From Macrostomum hystrix (Eukaryota; Animalia; Platyhelminthes), in assembly GCA_950097015.1 (NCBI GenBank), contig CATNEN010000007.1, forward strand, positions 12,896,001-12,960,000: DNA of 64,000 nucleotides. Direction: 5' to 3'. The notes beneath the pieces are model-generated. The model ran no database searches. It saw nothing but the letters and a program-made list of their open reading frames with translations, and was not told where the DNA came from. Below, in pieces: positions 16,801 through 28,944 of this stretch (its first letter is position 1; each line of letters opens with the position of its first letter). Made by a program: the position numbers and the translations under genes.

Positions 16801-19800
16801 TACATTTTGGGAGATACACAAAGATAGAAATGAGGCCCGTGATCTCATGGCGATTGATACATTTTGGGAGATGCACAAAATAGGAAATGAGGCCCGTGAT
16901 TTCATGGTGATTGATACATTTTGGGAGATACACAAAGATAGAAATGAGGCCCGTGATCTCATGGCGATTGATACATTTTGGGAGATGCACAAAATAGGAA
17001 ATGAGGCCCGTGATCTCATGGCGATTGATACATTTTGGGAGATGCACAAAATAGGAAATGAGGCCCGTGATCTCATGGTGATTGATACATTTTGGGAGAT
17101 ACACAAAGATAGAAATGAGGCCCGTGATCTCATGGTGATTGATACATTTTGGGAGATGCACAAAATAGGAAATGAGGCCCGTGATCTCATGGTGATTGAT
17201 ACATTTTGGGAGATACACAAAGATAGAAATGAGGCCCGTGATCTTTCTACTGCTAACTAGCTGGGGACCGCAGTCTTGTTGCCCCATCATTAATCAGCTC
17301 TCTCCAACAAACTCGCTGACTGATGAGGTGAAGCATCTCGCAGCTGAAAAAGTGAGTCCTGGTCGATCGCAGACTAGTATTGCGTCACTGGTGTCAGACG
17401 GCTCAGTCATTCCCATCCATCAGACTGCAGCCTCTAACAAGCGAACTTTTGAATTGAACTAATTGCCAAATGAGCAGTCGTGAGTAAGGATGACTGATCA
17501 ATGACCACAATTTCCCATCTAAAATATTTACTCTCCCAAGCTCTGCCTCAGCTGCCGCAGCTCTCGCCGAGTCCGCCCAGCTGGAGAGGCCCGGCTCAGC
17601 TGGGCTGGCTGAGCATGCTGGGATTCGAATTAAATCCTTTCGTACGGACGATTTTGAAAACCATACATTCTATTTTTCTGCTTTTAATTGCATCACCACA
17701 AGGCAAACAAATTTCAATAAACTAATAGGGCCAATCCTAAATATAAATTGGCTGGAAGCAGGGTAAGCAGATAAGCAGGGTGAGAAGGTAAGCTGATATA
17801 GCAGGGTAAGCAGTGTAAGCAGATAAGCAGGGTGAGAAGGTAAGCTGATATAGCAGGGTAAGCAGTGTAAGCAGATAAGCAGGGTGAGAAGGTAAGCTGA
17901 TATAGAAGGTAAGCAGGGTAAGCAAGTAAACTGATAAGCAGGGTAAGCAGGTAAGCTGGTCAGCAGGGTAAGCAGGTAAGCTGGTCAGCAGGTAAGCTGA
18001 TAAGCAGGGTAAGCAGGTAAGCTGGTAAGCAGGGTAAGCAGGTAAGCAGAGTAATCAGGTAAGCTGGTCAGCACGTAAGCTGATAAGCAGGGTAAGCAGG
18101 TAGGCTGATAAGCAGGGTAAGCAGGTAAGCTGGTAAGCAGGGTAAGCTGATAAGCAGGGTAAGCAGTTAAGCTGGTAAGCAGGGTAAGCAGGGTAAGCAG
18201 GGTAAGCAGGTAAGCAGGTAAGCTGATAAGCAGGGTAAGCAGGTAGGCTGATAAGCAGAGTAATCAGGTGAGCTGGTAAGCAAGTAAGCTGGTAAGCAGG
18301 GTAAGCAGGTAAGCAGAGTAATCAGGTGAGCTGGTAAGCAAGTAAGCTGGTAAGCAGGTAAGCTGATAAGGAGGGTAAGCAGGTAAGCTGGTAAGCAGGG
18401 TAAGCAGGTAAGCAGAGTAATCAGGTGAGCTGGTAAGCAAGTAAGCTGGTAAGCAGGTAAGCTGATAAGCAGGGTAAGCAGGTAAGCTGGTAAGCAGGGT
18501 AAGCAGGTAAGCAGAGTAATCAGGTAAGCTGGTCAGCACGTAAGCTGATAAGCAGGGTAAGCAGGTAGGCTGATAAGCAGGGTAAGCAGGTAAGCTGGTA
18601 AGCAGGGTAAGCTGATAAGCAGGGTAAGCAGTTAAGCTGGTAAGCAGGGTAAGCAGGGTAAGCAGGGTAAGCAGGTAAGCAGGTAAGCTGATAAGCAGGG
18701 TAAGCAGGTAGGCTGATAAGCAGAGTAATCAGGTGAGCTGGTAAGCAAGTAAGCTGGTAAGCAGGGTAAGCAGGTAAGCAGAGTAATCAGGTGAGCTGGT
18801 AAGCAAGTAAGCTGGTAAGCAGGTAAGCTGATAAGGAGGGTAAGCAGGTAAGCTGGTAAGCAGGGTAAGCAGGTAAGCAGAGTAATCAGGTAAGCTGGTC
18901 AGCACGTAAGCTGATAAGCAGGGTAAGCAGGTAGGCTGATAAGCAGGGTAAGCAGGTAAGCTGGTAAGCAGGGTAAGCTGATAAGCAGGGTAAGCAGTTA
19001 AGCTGGTAAGCAGGGTAAGCAGGTAAGCTGGTCAGCAGGGTAAGCAGGTAAGCTGGTCAGCAGGTAAGCTGATAAGCAGGGTAAGCAGGTAAGCTGGTAA
19101 GCAGGGTAAGCAGGTAAGCAGAGTAATCAGGTAAGCTGGTCAGCACGTAAGCTGATAAGCAGGGTAAGCAGGTAGGCTGATAAGCAGGGTAAGCAGGTAA
19201 GCTGGTAAGCAGGGTAAGCTGATAAGCAGGGTAAGCAGTTAAGCTGGTAAGCAGGGTAAGCAGGGTAAGCAGGGTAAGCAGGTAAGCAGGTAAGCTGATA
19301 AGCAGGGTAAGCAGGTAGGCTGATAAGCAGAGTAATCAGGTGAGCTGGTAAGCAAGTAAGCTGGTAAGCAGGGTAAGCAGGTAAGCAGAGTAATCAGGTG
19401 AGCTGGTAAGCAAGTAAGCTGGTAAGCAGGTAAGCTGATAAGGAGGGTAAGCAGGTAAGCTGGTAAGCAGGGTAAGCAGGTAAGCAGGGTGAGAAGGTAA
19501 GCTGGTAAGCAGTGTAAGCAGATAAGCAGGGTGAGAAGGTAAGCTGATATAGCAGGGTAAGCAGTGTAAGCAGATAAGCAGGGTGAGAAGGTAAGCTGAT
19601 ATAGCAGGGTAAGCAGTGTAAGCAGATAAGCAGGGTGAGAAGGTAAGCTGATATAGCAGGGTAAGCAGTGTAAGCAGATAAGCAGGGTGAGAAGGTAAGC
19701 TGATATAGAAGGTAAGCAGGGTAAGCAAGTAAACTGATAAGCAGGGTAAGCAGGTAAGCTGGTCAGCAGGGTAAGCAGGTAAGCTGGTCAGCAGGTAAGC

Positions 19801-22800
19801 TGATAAGCAGGGTAAGCAGGTAAGCTGGTAAGCAGGGTAAGCAGGTAAGCAGAGTAATCAGGTAAGCTGGTCAGCACGTAAGCTGATAAGCAGGGTAAGC
19901 AGGTAGGCTGATAAGCAGGGTAAGCAGGTAAGCTGGTAAGCAGGGTAAGCTGATAAGCAGGGTAAGCAGTTAAGCTGGTAAGCAGGGTAAGCAGGGTAAG
20001 CAGGGTAAGCAGGTAAGCAGGTAAGCTGATAAGCAGGGTAAGCAGGTAGGCTGATAAGCAGAGTAATCAGGTGAGCTGGTAAGCAAGTAAGCTGGTAAGC
20101 AGGGTAAGCAGGTAAGCAGAGTAATCAGGTGAGCTGGTAAGCAAGTAAGCTGGTAAGCAGGTAAGCTGATAAGGAGGGTAAGCAGGTAAGCTGGTAAGCA
20201 GGGTAAGCAGGTAAGCAGAGTAATCAGGTGAGCTGGTAAGCAAGTAAGCTGGTAAGCAGGTAAGCTGATAAGCAGGGTAAGCAGGTAAGCTGGTAAGCAG
20301 GGTAAGCAGGTAAGCAGAGTAATCAGGTAAGCTGGTCAGCACGTAAGCTGATAAGCAGGGTAAGCAGGTAGGCTGATAAGCAGGGTAAGCAGGTAAGCTG
20401 GTAAGCAGGGTAAGCTGATAAGCAGGGTAAGCAGTTAAGCTGGTAAGCAGGGTAAGCAGGGTAAGCAGGGTAAGCAGGTAAGCAGGTAAGCTGATAAGCA
20501 GGGTAAGCAGGTAGGCTGATAAGCAGAGTAATCAGGTGAGCTGGTAAGCAAGTAAGCTGGTAAGCAGGGTAAGCAGGTAAGCAGAGTAATCAGGTGAGCT
20601 GGTAAGCAAGTAAGCTGGTAAGCAGGTAAGCTGATAAGGAGGGTAAGCAGGTAAGCTGGTAAGCAGGGTAAGCAGGTAAGCAGGGTGAGAAGGTAAGCTG
20701 GTAAGCAGTGTAAGCAGATAAGCAGGGTGAGAAGGTAAGCTGATATAGCAGGGTAAGCAGTGTAAGCAGATAAGCAGGGTGAGAAGGTAAGCTGATATAG
20801 CAGGGTAAGCAGTGTAAGCAGATAAGCAGGGTGAGAAGGTAAGCTGATATAGCAGGGTAAGCAGTGTAAGCAGATAAGCAGGGTGAGAAGGTAAGCTGAT
20901 ATAGAAGGTAAGCAGGGTAAGCAAGTAAACTGATAAGCAGGGTAAGCAGGTAAGCTGGTCAGCAGGGTAAGCAGGTAAGCTGGTCAGCAGGTAAGCTGAT
21001 AAGCAGGGTAAGCAGGTAAGCTGGTAGGCAGGGTAAGCAGGTAAGCAGAGTAATCAGGTAAGCTGGTCAGCACGTAAGCTGATAAGCAGGGTAAGCAGGT
21101 AGGCTGATAAGCAGGGTAAGCAGGTAAGCTGGTAAGCAGGGTAAGCTGATAAGCAGGGTAAGCAGTTAAGCTGGTAAGCAGGGTAAGCAGGGTAAGCAGG
21201 GTAAGCAGGTAAGCAGGTAAGCTGATAAGCAGGGTAAGCAGGTAGGCTGATAAGCAGAGTAATCAGGTGAGCTGGTAAGCAAGTAAGCTGGTAAGCAGGG
21301 TAAGCAGGTAAGCAGAGTAATCAGGTGAGCTGGTAAGCAAGTAAGCTGGTAAGCAGGTAAGCTGATAAGGAGGGTAAGCAGGTAAGCTGGTAAGCAGGGT
21401 AAGCAGGTAAGCAGAGTAATCAGGTGAGCTGGTAAGCAAGTAAGCTGGTAAGCAGGTAAGCTGATAAGCAGGGTAAGCAGGTAAGCTGGTAAGCAGGGTA
21501 AGCAGGTAAGCAGAGTAATCAGGTAAGCTGGTCAGCACGTAAGCTGATAAGCAGGGTAAGCAGGTAGGCTGATAAGCAGGGTAAGCAGGTAAGCTGGTAA
21601 GCAGGGTAAGCTGATAAGCAGGGTAAGCAGTTAAGCTGGTAAGCAGGGTAAGCAGGGTAAGCAGGGTAAGCAGGTAAGCAGGTAAGCTGATAAGCAGGGT
21701 AAGCAGGTAGGCTGATAAGCAGAGTAATCAGGTGAGCTGGTAAGCAAGTAAGCTGGTAAGCAGGGTAAGCAGGTAAGCAGAGTAATCAGGTGAGCTGGTA
21801 AGCAAGTAAGCTGGTAAGCAGGTAAGCTGATAAGGAGGGTAAGCAGGTAAGCTGGTAAGCAGGGTAAGCAGGTAAGCAGAGTAATCAGGTAAGCTGGTCA
21901 GCACGTAAGCTGATAAGCAGGGTAAGCAGGTAGGCTGATAAGCAGGGTAAGCAGGTAAGCTGGTAAGCAGGGTAAGCTGATAAGCAGGGTAAGCAGTTAA
22001 GCTGGTAAGCAGGGTAAGCAGGTAAGCTGGTCAGCAGGGTAAGCAGGTAAGCTGGTCAGCAGGTAAGCTGATAAGCAGGGTAAGCAGGTAAGCTGGTAAG
22101 CAGGGTAAGCAGGTAAGCAGAGTAATCAGGTAAGCTGGTCAGCACGTAAGCTGATAAGCAGGGTAAGCAGGTAGGCTGATAAGCAGGGTAAGCAGGTAAG
22201 CTGGTAAGCAGGGTAAGCTGATAAGCAGGGTAAGCAGTTAAGCTGGTAAGCAGGGTAAGCAGGGTAAGCAGGGTAAGCAGGTAAGCAGGTAAGCTGATAA
22301 GCAGGGTAAGCAGGTAGGCTGATAAGCAGAGTAATCAGGTGAGCTGGTAAGCAAGTAAGCTGGTAAGCAGGGTAAGCAGGTAAGCAGAGTAATCAGGTGA
22401 GCTGGTAAGCAAGTAAGCTGGTAAGCAGGTAAGCTGATAAGGAGGGTAAGCAGGTAAGCTGGTAAGCAGGGTAAGCAGGTAAGCAGAGTAATCAGGTAAG
22501 CTGGTCAGCACGTAAGCTGATAAGCAGGGTAAGCAGGTAGGCTGATAAGCAGGGTAAGCAGGTAAGCTGGTAAGCAGGGTAAGCTGATAAGCAGGGTAAG
22601 CAGTTAAGCTGGTAAGCAGGGTAAGCAGGGTAAGCAGGGTAAGCAGGTAAGCAGGTAAGCTGATAAGCAGGGTAAGCAGGTAGGCTGATAAGCAGAGTAA
22701 TCAGGTGAGCTGGTAAGCAAGTAAGCTGGTAAGCAGGGTAAGCAGGTAAGCAGAGTAATCAGGTGAGCTGGTAAGCAAGTAAGCTGGTAAGCAGGTAAGC

Positions 22801-23321
22801 TGATAAGCAGGGTAAGCAGGTAAGCTGGTAAGCAGGGTAAGCTGATAAGCAGGGTAAGCAGTTAAGCTGGTAAGCAGGGTAAGCAGGGTAAGCAGGGTAA
22901 GCAGGTAAGCATGCAGGTTAAGCACTCACCGCTCCGTCGAGATGGCCACTGCCAGCCAGACTGTGATGCTGTTTGACGTCTGCATGACAAAATGGCTGTA
23001 TGGGTAAAGGCTAGCGAACATCTCTGCCTTAGCATCTGGATTCTGAGCGGTGTGCTGCACGAGGATGCTGACGAAGTAGAGAAAATCGTTGGCCAGCTTG
23101 ACCGTGTCGCTGAGGGCCAGGCTCACCAGGAACACGTTGGTGGGTACTGCCAGCTTGCAACTGGAGATAACGATTACACTGACGGCGTTGGCCAAGATGC
23201 CGAAGCTGCAGATCAGCGGGTACACAATGAGCGCCGTGGCGAACTGTGCCCCCAGAAAAAACTGCCGATATTGCTCATCGCTCGGACTGGGCAGAGCCGA
23301 ACAGTTGCCGGCGTCCTGCAT
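13808..23321 (-). CDS. Rhodopsin-family peptide GPCR (FMRFamide-receptor-like), about 409 aa, 3 exons
   Basis: Exons 23321-22930, 15655-15074, 14063-13808 (1230 nt, phases close). TM1 GILAN, TM2 LALSD, TM3 end ERF across the splice, TM5 FLVP, TM6 LPD, TM7 NSACNFILY, helix 8 FKNQF. The third exon (C-tail) is less certain because a stop at 15070-15072 is also possible. Confidence 0.85.
14074..14400. repeat. 46 bp tandem repeat, about 7 copies, GPCR intron 2
   Basis: Unit GACATGAGGTGCGGGAGCTAGAAAGGGTCAGCTGGACAGTCACATA; period 46 (14074, 14120 ...). Confidence 0.95.
15665..17280. mobile_element. Possible non-autonomous Helentron/HINE-like element whose interior amplified into the 57-58 bp array
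   Basis: GTAGAAAG near the left end is inverted to CTTTCTAC near the right end. GTATCTCCCAAA (about 15795) is the exact inverse of TTTGGGAGATAC in the array units. The right end reads ...CTAG...TCTTGTT. The family assignment is tentative. Confidence 0.3.
16030..17243. repeat. 57-58 bp tandem array, about 21 copies, GPCR intron 1
   Basis: Unit GCCCGTGATCTCATGGCGATTGATACATTTTGGGAGATACACAAAAATAGGAAATGAG. It explains the ORFs at 16156-17290. Confidence 0.95.
17756..22922. repeat. 5.2 kb satellite of 8-9 bp units (GCAGGTAA, GCAGGGTAA, GCTGGTAA, GCTGATAA, TCAGGTGA) with kb-scale higher-order repeats, in GPCR intron 1
   Basis: Seen directly. Identical ORF translations recur at offsets of 1196 (19336/20532, 20067/21263) and 1803 (18264/20067). 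Confidence 0.97.
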
Positions 23322-24502
23322 TGTCGCGACCTGGCTTCAGGATCTGCCGAGATTTCCTGGACAGTCGGGAGGTCTTAAAGAGCTCGGTCTCTTTCAAACA
23401 GCCAATGCTCTACATCTGCGCTCCTATTGGTCGGCGAGTCGGATTTGCTGCCCAAGCTACGTATTAGCAAACCCGATGACTCAATGATACGGAGAAGCTA
23501 CAGGGAAGTGTTATAGCAGAAAAGTGTGTTCAGCCAGTCTGTAACTCAGAAATGCATTCGTAAACCTGAAAACCAGAAAACTCATGCGTAGTGCATTGAG
23601 CAGTCACTCATCTATTTCTTTTTTAACAATGAAAACTCGTACTGTAGTATCTACTCCTAGACGTGCGTGTAGATGTCTTTGGGGTGTTGCAAACCATAAT
23701 GGGAACTTATGCACAAGCGGCCAATGCAGGTTTTGCTGTCGCTACGCAGGAAAATGTTCTTAACAAATTTTTTCCGATGAAGCGGGTAACATGAGCTGGA
23801 GAGTATCACAAATGGAAACAGCCTTCCGGACACATTATCAGATCAGAAAATTCTCTAACCTTGGAGAATTTGTTCTAACGAGTGCACTTTTAAACGGAGC
23901 CAAAGAAAATTCAAGTGAGAGGAGGAAGCTTGCCCCCGGTCCTCTGAGACCTTCAGTTTTCAATGATCAGATACATTGCTTCTGAAGCCAGCTTACGTAA
24001 ACAAGAAGGACAAGTCATAACGGATTGGCTCAGTGTTTTTTTCGTTTTACATTACTTTTATTTTATAATATGTAATTATTCACATAGCTACGAGTTATTT
24101 ATATTTGAGATCGTGAAATTAACTATTTACAATTGATTCTTAAGTAACATTGTTTCAAACCATACCCAGAATAATTACTAACAGCGGATTGATCACAAAG
24201 CAAATTTGAGAATAGATGGGCGTTAGCAGGCATGTAGGAGGCAGGCATGGGTACTCAAACCGCTTTCAGTCATCAACGCGGTTGAAAATTGTTACTTAAA
24301 AATTAGTGAACTGCGCTAAAAAATTCATCTAAAATGTTAAATAATGCCAGTTTTGAATAGAGCAAATTTGAATAACCAAAGGACACGAAAAGTAATGGCA
24401 TGGCAGATTTGGCAAACCCGTAATGTTTGCTTTAATTCATTATTCAGCCAGCGGATTTGAATTCAATGGAACTAAAATTGAGCAACATTCATGACAGCGG
24501 CC

Positions 24503-27500
24503 TCAGTCCATGTTGATGAGCATGATGGCGCGAATTGGACTGCGGCAGAGAGGGCAGTTTTCCAGATTCTTGACGCAGCTGGAACAGCAACAGAGATGCT
24601 TGCAGTCTAGCAGGGTGACGTTAATCACGCGGTCCATGCAGACTTTGCAAGCTCGCCAGTCAACAGCGTCATCTCCAAGCGGCGCCGGCTCCCGGTTGCT
24701 AAGCAACGATTGGTCTCGCTGGATTCGCTCGTGGAACTCGCGGCCACTAAGACCCTGCGCCTGACGCCGAGCGTACTGGGTCAGCACGCTCTCCAAGAAC
24801 AGCTGGCTGGACCGGAAGTCGTCTCCGGTGGTCTTTAGCTGAAGGAACTGCGCCGTCTTGGCGTCGTCTGGGTCGCAGCCCAGCTCCAGGATGCCAAGCG
24901 TCGGCGGGAAGTCCTCGCGGGCCTTAAAAAAGCGGGGCTCGATGCGGTAGTCAACCAAGGGACCATTTAGACAGGCGAACTCGGAAGGATTGGCCGCTAC
25001 CATGGCAGACGAATCCATGCCGGCCGCGGGCAGCGGATAGGGCGGGTGGCTGGCGCGGCTGACCAGAACGAACGCGTAGCCTCGCTCCAGCAGTAGGTGG
25101 CAGCAGCGGGGCGACCACCTGGCGTGTTCTATCCAGGGGTTGTCCTCCTCGGCCCAGTGTAGGATGCGAAGGCCGCACCAATGGCAGGCAGCGGCGCCCT
25201 GCGGCTGGCCGGCCAGTGGGAAGAAGCCGGCTTCGGCCAGCTGGTCGGCCGGCACTGGGCGGGATGCGACTGAGTGGCGGGCGAGCGCCTCCTGGCGACA
25301 GCGGCGGTCGCTCCAGGCCGGATACTGCTTTGGGTGGTAGCGTTCGACCTCGCCATTATTGACCGCAATCTGCAGACTGCGGGAAAACATGTCAAGGTTG
25401 CTGGCAATTTCCCGTTGGCAGGCGGCAGCAGCAGTGGCCGGCGACACAGGAGGGCGCGGCCGGCTGCAGAGCTGGAATAGCTGCTCAGACTCGCAGTCGG
25501 GTATGGCTGAAGCCATGGCCTCCGCAGCAGCAGCAGTGTTGGCACTAAAAGTAGCCATAATCGAGGCGCTGGCAGTGTTGTCAATGAATACTGTGGTTGC
25601 TACAGGAACTGATTCAGTTTCGCTGCACTCAACAGGAAGTTTTACTTCCTTGAGATCTTCTGGTGCAGGCAGGGGGATGTTGCCAACATCCAGGTCGAGC
25701 AGCAGAGGGCAGGTGGCAAAGTGCAGCCGGTGGGACTCTAGCACATCCTCACCTTCATCCCAATTGAACAGAGTGCCTAGACAGAATGCACACTTCACTC
25801 TGTCAGCTTCCTAAGGAGTGAATGGAGGGGCATAGGATGTGTGATATTTAGCAGCTTAATGAGTCTAAAACTTCTTTTTAAAAGACACAAAAATATACTA
25901 GACCTAGTAGTGTTTCAATCAAATAGATGATTATTTAGCTAGCTAGTGAGGAGCTATAACAACAACAACAATAGCCTAGCCTTTATATTTGAACATTATT
26001 ACTAAGAAAATATATTGTATAGAATACTAGGCATTCAACTAGGCTAATCAATACTCAATAAAGAAACTATCCAAAATAGCTTAATAGGCCTACTGTTTGA
26101 AAAAAGTTAAAATGCCTAAAAGAACTTAAAAGGCCAGAAAAATGCTAAAAACATTTACTTTTTAATTCGTCAACTGGAGTCTAGGAAATACTTTACCATG
26201 TCTAAAGGTATCAATTGCTAGCTACTTAATACCTTTGTTTATATTTATGTTTGCATAGTAGATATTGCATACTAATATGTTTATATTAGTAGATAATAGA
26301 TTAGTAGATAATAGCCCTGAGCCAATTAATTATAGTTAAATCCTATTGCATATTCATAATAGAAACAGCTAGTCATTTGAAAATACATATATAAGAATCA
26401 TACATGCGCAACACCCGGCTGACCCAGCCAAACCGGCTAGGTAAAACGAGGGCCAAGCAAGGTAAGTCCCAAAAACCAATCGACCAAGCACAAAAAAATC
26501 AAAGGGGGACCAAGGGAGAAAAAAGGAAGGCGTGAAAAAAAGGAAAAGGGGAGAGAAAGAGAGAGCAAATGAGAGCAAACTAAGTTGTAAATAGAGCAAT
26601 GAAACGAACTAAGTTGCAAATGAGAGCAAAAACTAAGTCGCACAACCGGCTAAGATTTGGGAGGTTGCGCATGTATGATAAGAATGATTACTAATCAAAA
26701 TAATATTTGCCTTTCTTTTTATGTTTTAACCGATATTTTAACAGATATCAAATGAAATCAACATAAAGGATTTCTTTAAAATCTAAATTATATATAAACA
26801 AAAATTATATCATAGACATAGGCATTGCATCTAATAATTTTGCTTACGTTAATGGTCTGTTATATTATAGGATCTTATCAAAACCAGTTTACTGGCCCTA
26901 CTCACCTGCAAATAAAAAAATCCATTAGCAGCAAGTGTAGCAGGTTGTTGGCCAGTCTTGCACATTTCAACAAATGGTGTCTTTCCTTTGAGATGAAAGG
27001 ATAACAGTCGATTCTTCTCATACTTCATATCTGATATCTCAGCAGGATAATCAGGAGGCAGATGATTCTTATCAAATACTCGATTGTTAAATTGTAAAAT
27101 CTGTGCTTCACATTGCTGTGATGGCAAAGATCTTTGATTACCAATTTGCTTATAATGTTTTAATTTGGCACAGAGTTTCCAGCTGCTAGTAGGCCTACTC
27201 AATTCTATATGCTTTTTTAGCTGATCCAGTTGTTTCCTTTCATGGTCTATAGCAAGGTTTCTATTCAATGCAATGATAATGAAGTCAAGAATTCCAATTC
27301 CTGTTCCCATAGATGTCGACTTTTTGCTGAAAAATCCAGATATCCTCTTGTCTCCTTGAGCTTTCAGGTAAGTTTTGAGAGTACTAATATGTATCAGTAT
27401 GGTGTACCAATCAAACAACCTTGCTGCTGGTAGTAAATGGAGATCTTTACCTGATTCGATGATACTAAAACCAGAACTTGAATTTATTTCAGAGTCGTCC

Positions 27501-27757
27501 TTGTCTTCAAGTTCAACTTCATGTTGAAGTTGCTGAGACTTCGATAGTGAGTCACCAGTTGCTTTCACACCATAACTGCTGGAATCACGATTCGAATCAA
27601 TTCGTTGCCACGTTTCATCTCTTTTGATATTTTGATGCGCGTTCTTCTGTTCACTCGCATGATTTGGATGCACTGCCAGTAGGCTTACGTCTAAACTCTC
27701 GGAGATTGAATGGTGATGCTGGGCGCAATCGAATTGAATATTACTTTCAGCAGCCAT
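24503..27757 (-). CDS. Inhibitor of apoptosis (IAP/BIRC family): long N-terminal region, 2 BIR domains, C-terminal RING; about 719 aa
   Basis: Exons 27757-26906 and 25810-24503 (phase 0 join). BIR1 spans the intron: RLLSF...LAANGFFYLQ|EADRVKCAFC...WDEGEDVLESHRLHFATC. BIR2 is LAEAGFF...CHWC...WAEEDNPWIEHARWSPRC. The RING is CKVCMD...CKHLCCCSSCVKNLENCPLCR. Confidence 0.9.
26399..26677. mobile_element. hAT-type MITE (279 bp) in IAP intron
   Basis: Perfect 14 bp TIR CATACATGCGCAAC / GTTGCGCATGTATG. 8 bp TSD ATAAGAAT at 26391-26398 and 26678-26685. Confidence 0.88.
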
Positions 27758-28096
27758 TCCCAGTAAAATAATTTTAAGGAAGTCAAAGTCAAACCCTCAG
27801 ATTGGCCATGGGTAATCCTTTTGATTTCCAGTAGCTAGCTATTGTTGATACGAACATGGAACTTTCGTTCATAAGTTAACCAGCGGGTAACCCATGGTTG
27901 ATCCACGGAAAAACCGTTAATATATATATTATAAATAAACTTTAATTTTTAACAGTTTTAAAACTGTTTTAAAACAAAATATATCTGTAGTATTTTATAA
28001 ATTAAAAATTTATTGTTTCTTACAGGAAATAATAAGAAAAAATTAACGCAACCTGTTTTAATGCCTAGCATATCGACAAAGTAATGTGTCGAAAGG

Positions 28097-28548
28097 CAGC
28101 CGTGTTGACGACTCTTGGGCTACATCGAACATGCGCGACGGTCGCCTAATAGGCAACTCCAAACATGTTCTTTGTTCCGAGAACATGTTCTTTTAAATTA
28201 ATAAGGCTACTTAATGTATATTAAATACCGCTAGGTGAAGAAAAAATAATGAAGAAAAAACTATGCCTTCCTTGGCATGAGGTCAACAAACAAGACAGAG
28301 TTAAACCATACTATGTATAGTAATATCCTAGTTCACCAGCACTTAACGTACATATTAGCCAGCAATATAGTTTTCTCTCAACGGCGCATTTAGCACGTAG
28401 CTACATATATATTTTTTACATTACGAAGCCTTATAAATTAAAAAGAACATGTTCTCGGAACAAATAACATGTTCTGATTTGCCCATTAGGCAACCGTCGC
28501 GCATGTTCGATTACCGTTTCTTAGACCCTATCTCTGTCAACACGGGTG
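28097..28548. mobile_element. MITE with long imperfect inverted arms upstream of IAP (7 bp TSD, CA termini, possibly P-element-like)
   Basis: Termini CAGCCGTGTTGAC / GTCAACACGGGTG. Inner inverted arms at about 28125-28208 and 28427-28511. CGAAAGG is duplicated at 28090-28096 and 28549-28555. Confidence 0.8.
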
Positions 28549-28944
28549 CGAAAGGAAAGGAAACAGCTTTTATTTAATGCAGCAACCTGCGAGCGCGACG
28601 GATTTGTACTTAGGATGTTATACCGTATTGCCCATTCCCAAAACTTTTACAGGAAGTATAAGTAAAAAATCCACTGCAATTATAATATACTAGCAAGGTA
28701 TTATTAGCAGTTATACTACTAGCTAGGTGGTATAACTACTATTGCCTATTGTATAACTGCTGTTGTCCTCGGCAATTTCTTTTAAACATTTTAGGACGAC
28801 TACGTTTCCAGTACTAGTACTATAGTACTAAACTCAAGTACTAAAAAATCAACAACTAGATTAATTATCCACAACAAAAAATAAAATAAAAGAAAATGAC
28901 CTTAGAAAAAAAATTGAAGACATTTATTTCTTATTGTGGTAAGC

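Noticed and set aside
17737-22925. Repeated LLTLLT/AYLL ORFs
   Set aside because: Translations of the satellite; used only to measure higher-order periods.
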